From assembly GCA_039545335.1 (NCBI GenBank), contig BCIN01000006.1:124001-188000 (forward strand): 64,000 nucleotides of DNA, written 5' to 3'. Position numbers and translations under genes: made by a program. This DNA comes from Kondoa subrosea (taxonomy: Eukaryota). Below are positions 1 through 12,502 of the stretch, piece after piece; the first letter of the stretch is position 1; each line of letters begins with the position of its first letter. A model generated the notes under the pieces. The model worked only from the letters and a program-made list of their open reading frames with translations, did no database searches and was not told the DNA's origin.

Positions 1-1046
1 CTGATACAAACATACCATTCTGAAAACATGGTTCTTGACCACAAATTCGGATTGCTGAATACCAGTAGTCTTGACTCGTGATCTTAGAACTGAACCACAA
101 CTTCAGCTAAATCCAAGGTAGAGGAGAACTAGGCTGACTATCAGCATCGTTAGGCATATAGCCTGGCGCGGCAAGTCTTGTAATAGCGTCAAAGTAGTAA
201 TTTGCCGAATCGTTCAACTGGAACTCAGAACGCCTGTGCAATTAAATCAGAACTCGTCGCTATATATTAGAAGTGGGTCTGTATACCGGTCAACAGCTCG
301 CTTGATAACTTCATTATTCCATAGATACATAACCGCATCAGCGACTTCAGGGTTCTGTGGCCTGGTTAGCTTGTTTGTTTGGTCTGAATGAAAGCAAATC
401 TACCATATCTTCTCCGTTGGCAGTTGCATCTTCTGTGTTGAGCAGAAGATGAGCCCGCCTTTCTGATGCTGGATCTTTGAGCGATAGATCGAGCTTTTCC
501 AGAGCACCAAGAACAGCTTGCATGCTTTGGAGTAAGTTTGAAAGCACGCTATCGTGATGAATCAGCTTCTCATCACAGTGACTATTCAATCTCTTACACC
601 TCTTTGTAGTCGGCTCTATCGGATTCAGAGTAGGTGCCCTCGTGCAACAGTCTAAAGCCGAATGAGCTTCTGCACATTTGAATGAAAAGTAAGACAGCGT
701 ACCTCATCTGCTTGATAACCTGTACCCAGTTTCAGCATATATCGTCCCAGGATCAAATCAGACCCACTGTACTCTTGCCAGATTCTCCTGCTCCTACTGT
801 ATACATTTATCAGCTCAAAGCCCATCATTATGCCGTAGACGTACAAAGCAACATCTTGATGATCCTTTGCTCAGCTTGTCTATCTTTCTTCAATTGAGCA
901 TCAATCGAAGCCTGTGCACATCCAGAGAACCCTTGTTTAGGCTCAGTTCGTCGCAGAGCGGGGACACTGACATTTCTTGCTTTAGCGCTAACATCTCCAT
1001 GATCCATTGCCGCAGCTCCTGAATCCTTACTAGCGCCGCAGCCCAT
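1..1046 (-). CDS. Heterotrimeric G-protein alpha subunit (multi-exon, 3' end outside window)
   Basis: N-terminus MGCGASK fits the myristoylation/palmitoylation pattern. IIKMLL is followed by the [10 protein letters not shown]-loop exon (~770-797). Later exons read [13 protein letters not shown] and [10 protein letters not shown]. Confidence 0.95.
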
Positions 1047-1601
1047 CTATTATATAGCGTTGAAGTGGAAAACTGAGATAGAAGCTAGCGGAGAGATTGA
1101 ATGTATCTCGGGAAGCAGATCTTGATGTGAATCGCTCGTGTGTAATCGAACGTGTACAGTATGTCGTGGTATTGAAGAAAAGCGCGGACAGAGCTGGAAA
1201 CAGGCGCCCGAAGAAACCAGAGCACAGGCGCTCGAAGCACAAAGCGCAAAAAAGAAGTCTTTTTGACCGGAAAGCTTGGGGTTCGGAGCTGAAGAGCGAG
1301 ACAGCGAGCAAGACAAGAAGAGCAGAGGAAGGAGTGTAGAGAAAAGCATCAAGCGCACGGATTTGCGAGACTCATCGAATTTCGAATCAATGCACGGCAA
1401 CTTGGGGTTGAATGAAAAGAAGATCTAAATTTGACATTGTAGTAGTGCAATAGTGGTGCAAGATGCAGGCACTGTACTGTACACACTAATGAAGTACACT
1501 GGTAGCACTGGACAATGAGTTTGGCCCAAGATTTCTCGCAATGATCCATTGTATCGCACATACAAACAGCAACTTCTTCGCGCATCGGCGACCGCCTCAC
1601 A

Positions 1602-3269
1602 TCACCTTGACCAACTACACTCTGGATCCGCTTCATCATACGTATCTTCAGCCAGTAATCCTGAATCGAATTTCGCTTCATCGACTTTCGGGAGCCCCTC
1701 ACTGAGCAGTTCTACAGCCTGACGAATTGATGTAACACGACCGTAGAGCATCAAGATTGGTTGATCTGCCTTAGTATAGATGATCTTGTAGTATCGCAGC
1801 AGAGCTCGACTGCGAATCGTTCCCAGTTGGATGTTGCTAAAGTATTGAGACCAATGATGTGGTAAGAAAAACTTGTAGCGCATCTGCTCAGAGTAAGATG
1901 ATTGTCGAATACGAGGTGGTTTAGCGCGAGGATCTGCAGATCAAGCCTTTGCAGACATATTCAAAGAGTCTGAACAAAAGACATACCTCCTTCACTGCTC
2001 CTTGGTGACGATCCAGCCCGATTCGCAGCCCGATTTGAAGTAATCTCTTGCAATCTCAGGTCTCCAACATCTTCGAGCTCTTCCAAATGCTTGTTTAGGT
2101 AGTCAATCAATCTTTCAGCTGCGGCTAAAGTGCCCTAGTCTCTGCGTTCAATACGACACCACTCCGTATATGTCTATCATACTCACCTCCATTCGCAGAG
2201 TACCTCCAGCCTGCCAATGATCATACAAACGCAGCCAAACCAGATCAAATCTCGCAGCTAACCAGCTAGGTGAAGCAATAGTCTTTGTATCGAAAGCTTT
2301 CACCGTGCCTCCACCTAATCTGACTTCAAAACAACGCGAATCTTCTTCGATGCCTTCAGGATAGACTTCTCTTAATCGCTCCGATGCAAAAGTAAGATCT
2401 CGGTCAAAGTTAGGTGTTTTCCAGATCGTTCGGTTGACTTCTTCACATATTTGCTTGATTCGAGAACGAGTGCCATGCAGATGAAAGGTACTTCGATGGT
2501 CAAGAGTAGGGTAAGACGGAAGTTTGTGTTCGCTATGCATTTTGCGAAGATTGTGACCGCTAATGCCAATGATTGCGCCGCGGAGGGAAGGGTTGATTTG
2601 CATCGTGTACGTGTAGATTGGATCTTCCTCGACTCCCAGTTCACGCTCTTTTGCTTCAGCTTGTTCGGAGTGCTCTTCATCTTGGCTGTGCACCTCAGGT
2701 TCAGGAGAAGGAGAGCGACGGCCTTTCACTTGTTTTAGTGAAGAGAGATCGATCTTGTCAAGGTTGCGAATCGGAAACAAGGCTGAAAGGTAATCCAGAG
2801 CTTTAGCAAGAGAAGCCTCAGTTCCGTTCATCCAAAGAATAGTGCCCTTCTCCAAGATGTAGACTTCCTTGACACCGATTGAAGTAATCACTCTGTCAAT
2901 AGCTGGTCCATCTCGATCTTGAAGCATAGGTTGAGAAATATACAAGGGACAAGCTTTCAGGACCTGCTCGTCCAACCAAGGATGAAAGGTAGCAGCAGAT
3001 TGAGCAGTCTCTGTACGAGCATGACCACGATAGAAGGAGAAGTCGGATTGAGCAGTGGAAGAGAAAGAGCTGGCCGTAGCAATTCTTTGGTGACTGCGAA
3101 TAGCAAGGTAGAGCGACATCGACACAGAGCACAATCGATGGAAAGGGGAAGTCCCATACCTTTTGCTAAAGCTTTGAGAGCGCTGTCTCTTTCGCAGAGT
3201 ATCACGCAGATCTATCTCTTGCTCAGTGAAAGGACCAAAGATTCGTTTGCCTAGTGCAGTGTCTGCCAT
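1602..3269 (-). CDS. KH-domain protein, copy A (about 4 KH-like units, one with a GxxG loop); 3 introns
   Basis: ORFs 2148-3308 and 1602-1883 can be joined by GT-AG introns. YTMQINPSLRGAIIGISGHNLRKMH matches the type I KH pattern. A close paralog lies at 22525-24192. Confidence 0.8.
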
Positions 3270-3546
3270 TCTTGACACAATGCAATGGAACAACAGCAAA
3301 GGGAGCACATCAAGAAGCTTGTCGGAGCTACATCAGCCAATTTGTAGCCGAAGAAGTTCCCAAAGTGAGGCTTTGACCTTGTTTTTTTTTTTTTTGAGCT
3401 TGTCGACATGCTTTGACGCGTTTCTACGTGACTGAGTCGCTGAAATGACCTGCCATGGCGTATATCTGCTGATCTAGATGCCTAGTACAGCTGGGTATCA
3501 TCGATGTTGGCGGAAAAGCGAGATTTTGGAGAACTCATTTCGTGAG
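1607..3546 (-). repeat. Left arm of ~1.9 kb inverted repeat
   Basis: The reverse complement aligns by eye with 22256-24172 across promoter, exons and introns. Confidence 0.95.
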
Positions 3547-3675
3547 ATTGTTGTTGACTGCCACAAACTCTCTTCTTTCTATTCCTCTGTGTCTCGTCTC
3601 TCTGCTATTCTGCTTCTAGACCTCCGTTCTTCTTGCAGACTCGCTGCTTTCCCTTCCTTGATCTTCACGTTGAGC

Positions 3676-4895
3676 ATGAGCCGACTTTGGAATGGCTACC
3701 TCTACTACTTACGGACTCGCACGCTCAGCACACAAATGGCAACGTGCGGTGTATGTATCTCTTTCATGCTTCTTTTTCTGGACTGAGTGTGTATCATAGA
3801 GTCTGTACTTGACCTATCTCTCGTTCAATGAATTGCTCTAAACTTGTCTCAGAATGGGTCTCAGCGACAGTGAGTATACTTCCAACTTGGTCTTTGACTT
3901 AATCCGAGTGATCAGTTGTGTCACAGCAGTTTATCGAGACGAAAGTAAACGGCAAACATAATGTGAAGGTTTCTTCTCCCCTGTGTTGTGATCGACTGAT
4001 TGCTAGTAGCTTGTTCGGACTGCTCGCTATGCCTTTTATGTAAGCTCAGCATTCAGGCCAATTCAACCCAATTCACATGTCTGCAGGGCGCTTGCTGTTA
4101 TGCCCCAGTACGCTGTTCTGTCGAACATTGTCCGATCGCTGATTGTCTGGCTCTAGCTTGCCAACAGATGGAATTTCGTTCTCAACAAAATTAATCTTGC
4201 TCGACCGATAGCAAGTGAGCTTGTTCAATGAATTTTGTTCGTCAGCTCACAATATCAAAAGCAACATTCGCAAGAGTGGTCACTGACATGGTGCGCTACA
4301 TACGATATGAAGTGATCCAGCTGATTGGTAGATCAAGGCCGTCATGGGTCCTGGTAAGCAATACTTTCTTTCCCATAAGATTGCCCTTCCCATGTCACTT
4401 GTTGACAGGCGGCCCTTGCTTCTTCTTTGTCTGTATGGGCTTACTAGAAGGCCGGAACTTCAGCGGTATCAAAACGCGACTACAAGAGGTAAGCTCGTAG
4501 TCATCTCACCGATGCCTTTGAAGCATCCTTTTCTTCCCATAGAAATGGTACGATGTATGGAAAGTCGGACTCTTCGTGTTCCCACCCGTTCAAGCTATCA
4601 ACCTAACATGTGAGTCTTTCATCTGCTAACTAAAGTCCGCTTTCCTGAGGATGTTGATAGTCACACCGCTCTATGCTCGGCCTATTGTGATACACTGCGT
4701 AAGTACCCGATAATGTACTACTTCTTCTGACTGCTGATAACATACAATGCAGGTCTTCTTCTGGTAGGCTTCCGAAGTACTGATATAGGGCAGATCTAGA
4801 CTGAGCACTGCCGGCTCAGTTGGGGACTCTTTCTACAGTCACAAAATAAGCAAGAGCCGACAAGTACTGAAATCGCTGGCTCTATGACAGCATAA
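3676..4895 (+). CDS. Mpv17/PMP22 (Sym1-like) membrane protein, copy 1; many small exons
   Basis: Exons read MSRLWNGYLYYLRTRTLSTQMAT, ATFARVVTDM, GPCFFFVCMGLLEGRNFSGIKTRLQE and VWKVGLFVFPPVQAINL, which are typical of the Mpv17/PMP22 family. Confidence 0.85.
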
Positions 4896-5098
4896 CAAGG
4901 GGACCGCGCTTTATTCGAAGAGAAAGAGAGTTACTGTAGCCGTGAGGTATATAGGGATTGAAGTCTGATACATCAAGGATTCTTGAGTCTTCGCAAAAGA
5001 TAAGACATACACAGCATGTATACTAGTGTCTACATTGTGGGAACTTCGAACTACGAATACAAGCCGAACGAATTGTCCTCTATTGGCTTCTTTCCCAC

Positions 5099-6057
5099 TC
5101 AAGCAGAGGCAGAAGCACTGGCGGATGCTGACATTGACTACATCCGAACAATAATCAGTCTCTTTAGCCAAAAGTCATCGCAATCAAAGCTTACGTTAAA
5201 GAACGGTAAAGTGCCTGTAGACAGGAGTGTAGCAATGTTGTTCAACGCAGCATTGTAGTAAGTTGCGTAGAAGGTCCGGACAGCGTCTTGCTGATTTGCG
5301 CAGATGTTGGCGAAGAGCTTGACAGTGGAAGCTGGTGAGCCAGATGCAGATGTGGCAGTGTTGTTAGTGTAGAACTAAGATAAAAAGTGGAACATCAGCC
5401 TCTTTCCGCACCCAAAAGTGCAACAGCATTACCTGAAGTACTTGAGAGTAGTTTGATACCATAAGCTCGCCAGCAGTGAGCGGTCCGGAAGTCAAGTTGG
5501 TGACTAGAGAGTACCTTGAGCAATATTCCTGGGAGCTGTTTCGAGTAAGACTTACCGGATTGAACGAAAGAGCTGGTCATATTTGTATCGACAAGAACCT
5601 CGGTGATTGTTCCACTGCAGAAAGAATAAGAACAGCCCGTCCTCGATTGGTGAACACTTACTCTCCACGAGTACGGGTAGATCCAGTGGTATTGCCTGTA
5701 GCATTGATCGGGGCTGACCAGAATCTGCCAGGCAGGAGAAGGTTAGCAAGGACCTTCCAAGATGATATGCCTGAATGTCACTAACGGAGCGGTAGCCCAA
5801 TCACCTATTTGGGCATTGACCAAAGCATCGAAAGAGTATGCATAGGTCTGTTGTTCCTCAACGTAGGTCAATTCATATCCTGTTGGAAGTTGCGATCAGA
5901 TAAAGGTGCCCCGTTTTCCATGAAATGCGAACCAACCTGCGGGGCAAGGATAGTTGAATTCGCTGGCTGCTTCTTGCCTCTTATAGAAGTCTTGAGGGAT
6001 AGCTTTGGCAGTGACAAGACCAGCGGACACGAAGAGAGCGACAAGGGAGGAACGCAT
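5099..6057 (-). CDS. Secreted protein of unknown function (multi-exon)
   Basis: Signal peptide MRSSLVALFVSAGLVTA and a Kex2-like KR site (FYKRQ). Exons are separated by GT-AG introns and the protein ends in an SASASASA tail. Confidence 0.7.
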
Positions 6058-6337
6058 GGTATCGAGAACTGGTGGTAGTAAGGGAGGAAAGCGAAAGCCG
6101 AGGGCTCAGGACTGCTTTTTGCAGTTTGGAGAGACATGTCCTTATATTACCAAATGAGGTCAAATCGACTTTTTGACTTTCACATGTCTCACTTGTAAGT
6201 ATGCGCGGAAGTCCGAGGCAAGCATACAGACCGAAAGGCTCTGCTTGCAATGTGATGCGATCGATTTAAAAGGGTCAAAATGGACTGTTGGGATCAAAAG
6301 GTTGCCGAAAAACTTTTCGTCTCTTTGAGGTCAAACT

Positions 6338-7167
6338 TCAAGTATTCGCTTCCACTAGTATAGGACTTCCGTCCTCCCTCTTTCCATCAATGACTTTCAA
6401 TCCTTTCGTTTTGCCCCAAAACGGATCATCAGGTTTTGGCATAATCTCATATTTAGCTAAATCGAAGTCGATTACGAACATCAGCGGAAGTACAGACTAC
6501 TCGTCGAGAGGACATACGCAGCGCTTCGTCAAATCTATCCCAAGCTACAGCGTCCTTTATCTAATTGGCATGCATTCAATCAGCAGCAGCACAGGATATG
6601 TAAGGTCAATGTACGCACATAGATCACTGCTGTTGGTGTGATCAGCGAAGGATTGTCCAAAGAACCAGACTGAATCATGATTGTGTCCCCTCTGCTTAAG
6701 GTCAGCTCTTGCTGTCGATACTGGTCGCAGAACTTACGGAAGATCTCCCTGAAGGAGCAGGTGTATGAATACATTTCAAGCGCAGCGTTAGACAATGGAC
6801 CCACTGAAGTATACAATCGGCCGGCGCAGTTCTCGCAGAAATGCCTGTGAGCGGTCTGGTTAATATTAGGTAATCAAAGTCATAGAGACCGCAAACCTGA
6901 TTGTTCTCCCACCACTATCAGCTATGGTCGTGTAGGTTTTAGGCGTCGGTCCTTCGAGTCTTAGCTGACTCTTATCAATACCAACGATTGTCGTATGACC
7001 TGTCCCAGTACATTTCTGACAATCTATTCGCACATGATTAGCTGGGAACAGCGAAAAGTTGACAACGTACCGATACAGCAACATTGGCAGACAAACTGAG
7101 ATTCTCCGACTATAGAGTATCTGATCCGCTCGCATTTGCATCCACCGTGAAGTACTCGTTCCGTCAT
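6338..7167 (-). CDS. GFA/CENP-V (Mss4-like) zinc-binding protein, copy 1
   Basis: Spliced reading gives MTERVLHGGCKCERIRY...CQCCCIDCQKCTG...TIADSG...HFCENCAGRLY...IMIQSGSLDNP, the GFA cysteine pattern. Confidence 0.85.
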
Positions 7168-7713
7168 GTCAAGATTCTGATTTGATTACAGTCGCGATAC
7201 GAGAGAACGACAGCGAATCGAAGATTAAGCTATAATAGCCTTTGGCGCAGTAGGGAGCAAAGGGGCTCCAAACTAATTGGGGAATCTCGCTTGCGTATAT
7301 GGATTTCGCGATTGCCGAATTTGTTGAGCGGGAAGCGGGTGGGTTACTAGACTTGTTCTGCATGGCTAGGACTGGCTTGATATCAAGAGAGAATAGATTC
7401 TTGCCGCTGGATGGGCCAGCATATGCCCTGCTGTATTTTCGCTTGAGATGGTATAGCAAGTGTACAAGCCAAGGGCCGCGGTAGACCAGAGCAAACAGTC
7501 ATCCGAGATAGCAGACAGTGGAGAGCAGGCGGTCTTCTTCAGCAAATGCATTTGAGGTCTGCTGGTTCATGCACAAAAGAGAAAGAAATATCGAAATTAC
7601 AACATGAAGACCCCTGCGACCCAATTCTAACAGATCTATACGCACACTCCAGCAGCTATCAATACATCCTTTCCATTCTATTCAATCTTGCCTCTTAGCT
7701 TCAAAAACACCTT

Positions 7714-8657
7714 CTACTTCTGGAACCCGCCAGCGTAGTAAGCAATGCAGTGCTTGGTGATTGCGATTGAGCTGAGACAAGGGCCGGTATTAGAGACCAA
7801 AGTTCCATCCTGAGGGCTGTACACGCCTGTATACGAACATTTAGATTGTTGAGCAAAGAAAGGGATTTCTCTACTATTAAACCCACATTGATATGTGTTT
7901 GAATCCACAAAAGGCGTATCAGAGTAGTTGCAAGTCGTTGAATGGACGACCGCTCTGACTTCTCCTGAATTGACCAATTTACCAGAGAAAAAGTATCTGT
8001 TCCCATTTGCAGTAGTAAATTGGCGAGGACATGCCGTGTAACAGTGAACTGATTTGGCATTTGTCGAATCGGGAGATTCTATCAATTGTGTTGGGCATGG
8101 AACTGTCGTGACGCCATCTGAGTCCGTCAAGCTTCCATTATCCCCCTGTTCATATCACAGATCAGTCGTTTTGTCGCCTGATGTGCAGTCAGATCGCTCA
8201 CATCATAGAGACAAGTGAATCGTGCCGGCGATTTATTTTGATAAGGATTCTGTGAATAGGTGCAAGAGACATCATTTTGGGGAGGTGGAATCTCTGCCGT
8301 ATATCTTGCTGCAACTTCATTTATCACTATCAGTAAGCGGTCAGTCAGTGTATGTGTTGGAGCTTTGGACCATAGGGCTAACAACCATAGTCTGCGTTAG
8401 AGACTCTCTGACAAGTATTGTAGATAGAAATATCGGTGTATTCCATACTTGGTGTTGAAGATGGTCCACCTTGCCTTGAGCAGAGTTTAACTCAGAACAA
8501 TGCTAAGAAATAGAGATAGACTGTGGACTCACCTAGCTCTGAGACGTCTGGTGCCAGATCTGATATCAGCTGCATTGACCTGTCTCCTGGCAATAACTTC
8601 GTCCAACGAAGCAGAAGCGATGAGCGGAAGTAGAGTGAGGAATGAAACGAATTTCAT
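7714..8657 (-). CDS. Secreted cysteine-rich protein
   Basis: Signal peptide MKFVSFLTLLPLIASA. The Cys-rich exons (8127-8384, 7714-8130) share an internal motif CxY...CxY...GxL...CP/CL. Confidence 0.7.
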
Positions 8658-9286
8658 GCTGAGCCTTTCAATTAATGCCAGAAGTTAGAACAGCTTGTTA
8701 CACTAAAGAGCTTTGTTGCTGGATGAGACGGCGCGTTGCGGAAATTTCCAGTCAAACAGAGATAGCGTGATCGTTGCTCAAGATGCAGATTCTCGCAGTA
8801 AGTATACGCGGGAAGATTGATGACAACAAACAACAAATGATCGGCAAATCATTTCCGAATCGGATGTCGTGGGTACTGGCGTTTCTTCCCACGCAATGAG
8901 TGCCAGTGATACGAGGTGGGTTCTCAAAGCTGTACTGAGCCAACTGACCAGGACTGTCGGCTATCTGGACATGAAGAGACAATTGGCTCGCCGGCTTCAA
9001 ATACAAGTATAGTACGTATGAAGACAGTCACGGCATTGTGCATCGTTGGAAGACTTGAGGCAAAGCAGCAAGCTACAGCAAGGTATCCAAGAGCTCGAAT
9101 TTCGGCAGCTTTGATGATGTCCATATCTGAAGAAACGAGGACTGAAGCTGGCTTGTTGGCAGGTGCAAGCATAAGCATAGCAGAGATAGACTAGATAAGC
9201 AATGCAGGTGGCTGTCCAAGGAATAGAGACAAGAAACAAGGTTGACCTCTAACCAACGCCTGGCCCGCCTAGAGCAATGACTGTAT

Positions 9287-10967
9287 ATGTTCCGATTCCA
9301 GAAGATAGATACCTCCTCTGCTACAGTGAATCATGTCCTATATCCACATGAGGAAATCTTGGAAAGTCGAGACAGCGTAGGGCTGTATGATGGAAAAGAT
9401 AAAGATCTGACGCACGACAACGGGACTCTGCATCTGACTACACATCGCTTGATCTATGTTGATGCCTTGAGACCTCATCATTGCTCTTGTACTTTGGATT
9501 TGGCTTGGATTCGTCAAACGGAACATTGGGCTGGTTTCTTGAAGTCATCCCCCAAGATCACTCTGACTCTGGGAGAAGCATCATCTTCTACATCGGACAC
9601 AAATACACCGAATGACACTCTTTCGAATGGGGTGTCGCTCGCAACACAAACATGGGTCTGCAAGATATGCGGATTCAGCAATGCACCTTCAAGCAAATGT
9701 ACTTTGTGCGGTATGACCAGGGAAGCAACCACTTCATCTCATTCTTCTACACCTTCCCGATCCTCCACACCTGTTCTAGAAGCAGTCGTACCATCAAATA
9801 ATAAAGAAGGCATACCTTGTCCAACCTGCACTTTTCTGAATCATCCTTCTATGGCTCGTTGTGAAGTATGCGATTCGAACTTAGGCAATGCTCTTTCACC
9901 TTCGTCTACCTCAACTTCGAACAATTCAAATGATACGGGTTTTGTGCGGTTAAGTTTTAGGAAAGGAAGGGAAAAGACCTTCTATGCGACTCTCAAGAAT
10001 GCCATAGTAGCTAAAGCATGGGAATTACATGGTGGTAGAAGGACGGAAGGCGAATCTGCTACTGCTAGAGAAACAGTTACAGCTGGAATTGGTGCGTTTC
10101 AAGCCGTCTCTTTACAAAGTGCCTTGTTAAGATAGCATGGTTAATACACAGATGGTATTCTCAAGACTATAGATCTGAATACTCAGGGTCAAACAGAAGA
10201 AATGCAAGATGCTTTACAAGATTTAAACGCCCTGATGCTCAAAGCAAAAGATATGGTCGCTTTAGCTCAATCTTTGAACTCCAAACTTCCTCCTTCTTCT
10301 AATACAACTGCAAATGACTCTCAAACTTCAACGATTATCAAATCTTCTTTAGTCAAGTTGGGTTTAGAAACACCTGCTTTGACATTGGATATGGTTAAAG
10401 ACGAAGAAGAATATCATCTAGGATTGGCTAGAGAATTAGCTAAACTTCTTACTACACCAAATAAGGAAGGGAAAGTGTTGATGAGCGATGATCCGGATGG
10501 AAGAGGGATTTGGCCAATCGAGGAAATCTGGTGCATTTGGAACAGAGCTCGCGGCATATGTTCGTCCTTCTCTCGTCCGTTCAATGATCACAATCTGATA
10601 TAATTCATGAGTAGCACTGGTCTCGCCTAAAGACTTCAGAGCTGCTTATCCTCACTTACCTACTTTCACTTGGCCTTCCATAACGCTTCGAACATTCGTA
10701 TCGGGTCTAACAGTTCTTCACACGCATCGATACGCTCGACCAATCTTTGCTGCTCGTCTTTCTTCTCATCTGAAACAAACAAACGAAGGATTATCAGCTG
10801 TCGAAATTGCGCGATTGGAGAATCTCAGTGTCGGCTTGAGTGTGGAAATGGTTGAAAGTATAGAAATGGATTCGGGTGAAATATGTAGGGATTTGCAAGC
10901 GAGCAGCGGGTGCACATGGTTCAATAACTTGATTCTGGGATTCCAATGGGAAGATCCGAATCTCTGA
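9287..10967 (+). CDS. VPS36: ESCRT-II subunit Vps36
   Basis: GLUE domain (GLYDG, HLTTHRLIY, FLKSSPKI, VRLSFRKG) split by two NZF fingers (WVCKICGFSN, CPTCTFLNHP). The EAP30 region reads ALQDLNALMLKAKDMV. Two introns. Confidence 0.95.
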
Positions 10968-11305
10968 AACGACGAAGAGGTTCGGAAACAAGAGCTTTTC
11001 GCATGCTTTTGGTATTACGAAATGGGTCAGTCGCACATTCAGCATTTGTAGAGCCATCACTAATGTAACTCTATTCAGATGACAGATCCTACGAGCTTTG
11101 CAATAGTAAAGCTGATCGTTCCCTTGGATCACTGTACACGTAAAAGGAAGGGCCACCACAACAAGGAAAAAATTAGCTACAGTATGTCATTTCCGTGCCA
11201 AAGCCTCGATATTTTCTAATTTGCTTCCCTTTACGATATAGGTGAACAGTACAGTAGCATGCTCTGTCTCGCTATGCAATTTTTACTCTCGCCTGCATCC
11301 ATTAT

Positions 11306-11545
11306 ACGAATTTCAGATCGACGTATGTGGCTTAAATTGCTTCTTCTCTTTGTCTCATTTTCGAACACCCTCTTCTTTCTCTCTCAACGACCGCTTCCAA
11401 GTTGCTTTTCCTGTTTACCTCGCATTCCGAAGGGCTGCTTTCCAGAGGCGCAGCTTTCATCTGGCAATGACAGAACACAGTTTTTGCTTGTTCCTGTTTA
11501 CGTTAACCCCTTACATCTGTGCCAAATCGACGCTAGAAAGTAGTT
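11306..11545 (+). repeat. Dispersed ~240 bp repeat, copy 1 (inverted copy at 52936-53174)
   Basis: Long identical runs such as ctcttctttctctctcaacgaccgcttccaagttgcttttcctgtttacctcgcattcc are shared with the reverse complement of the 53 kb copy. Confidence 0.9.
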
Positions 11546-12502
11546 TGGCGGCGTTATTAACAGGCTATCCTGTGGTCTCCGTGTGCGAGTGGACCATTGA
11601 TATGGTATCTGCCTGAAAAATGCACAGGCCGTCTTCACGGATTCTGCTGCGTTCCCTTTGATTCAATTCGGTTCCGGAGCTTCTTTGCTAGCTGCTTAGG
11701 TCGAGCTGCGTGAAGGACGTTCTTCTCACCGAAAAGTCATTCCGCATTGGCTTTTGGGTCATTGACTATTTCTGCTCAACGAAGTCTTTGTCTGGTGTCT
11801 GCGCAGGGGTGGATTCGGTGAACACATCTGTAGTTGAGCGTGTCACCTGACAAGTGCCGTAAGGATACCGCGGTGTGCAATCTGGGATTTCCGGCGACGC
11901 CTGAAGATGAAGAGCGGACAGTGCAGCTGGCAAAGCTGCTCTCTTATGTTTCGAATTATGTCATATTGCAGCAGCTGGAGATTTTCTTGTCATGACATTC
12001 GGTCCTGCATGCAAGTTCATTGCAATCGAAGCTGACAGATACTTTTTAAAGCAACCACTCGTTTGGGGTTCTCCGACGATGTAACGATGCCTTTGTGCTG
12101 TGAATTCGGGAGAGTATCGAGCTTCAAGCTTTACGGCTGCTTGTTAGCAACCTCATACGTGATGTTTCAAGCCAAGGATATTAAAGGCGGTCGTTGTTTT
12201 CTCTTGACGCAATGATGATCTTTTCATGCTAGAACTGCTTGCTATTCCTCTGGAATGGCAGAAGCAAAGTATAGATCTAAAGTAACTTTTCCCTCCCCAG
12301 TGTACATAGCAGACACATAATAAACGATCAATGTACCGTATTACTTTGATCCCTTCTTCCCATTCCCAACAATCTAAACGGTTGTTCTTCGTCTGGATAT
12401 GATTCGCCAGACTGCCATCAACAGCCAATGCGATCATCGCCGGCCATAGCCAATTTGAATCGTGGTACTTGCAGAAGTCTATCGCCTGCTAGATCTTCAA
12501 AT

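Noticed and set aside
1030..1702. Several overlapping 80-117 aa ORFs
   Set aside because: They fall in the G-alpha leader and the KH 3' region, have no motifs, and look like chance frames.
9650..9880. Zinc fingers inserted in the Vps36 GLUE domain
   Set aside because: This is the known architecture of fungal Vps36 (as in S. cerevisiae), so it is not novel.
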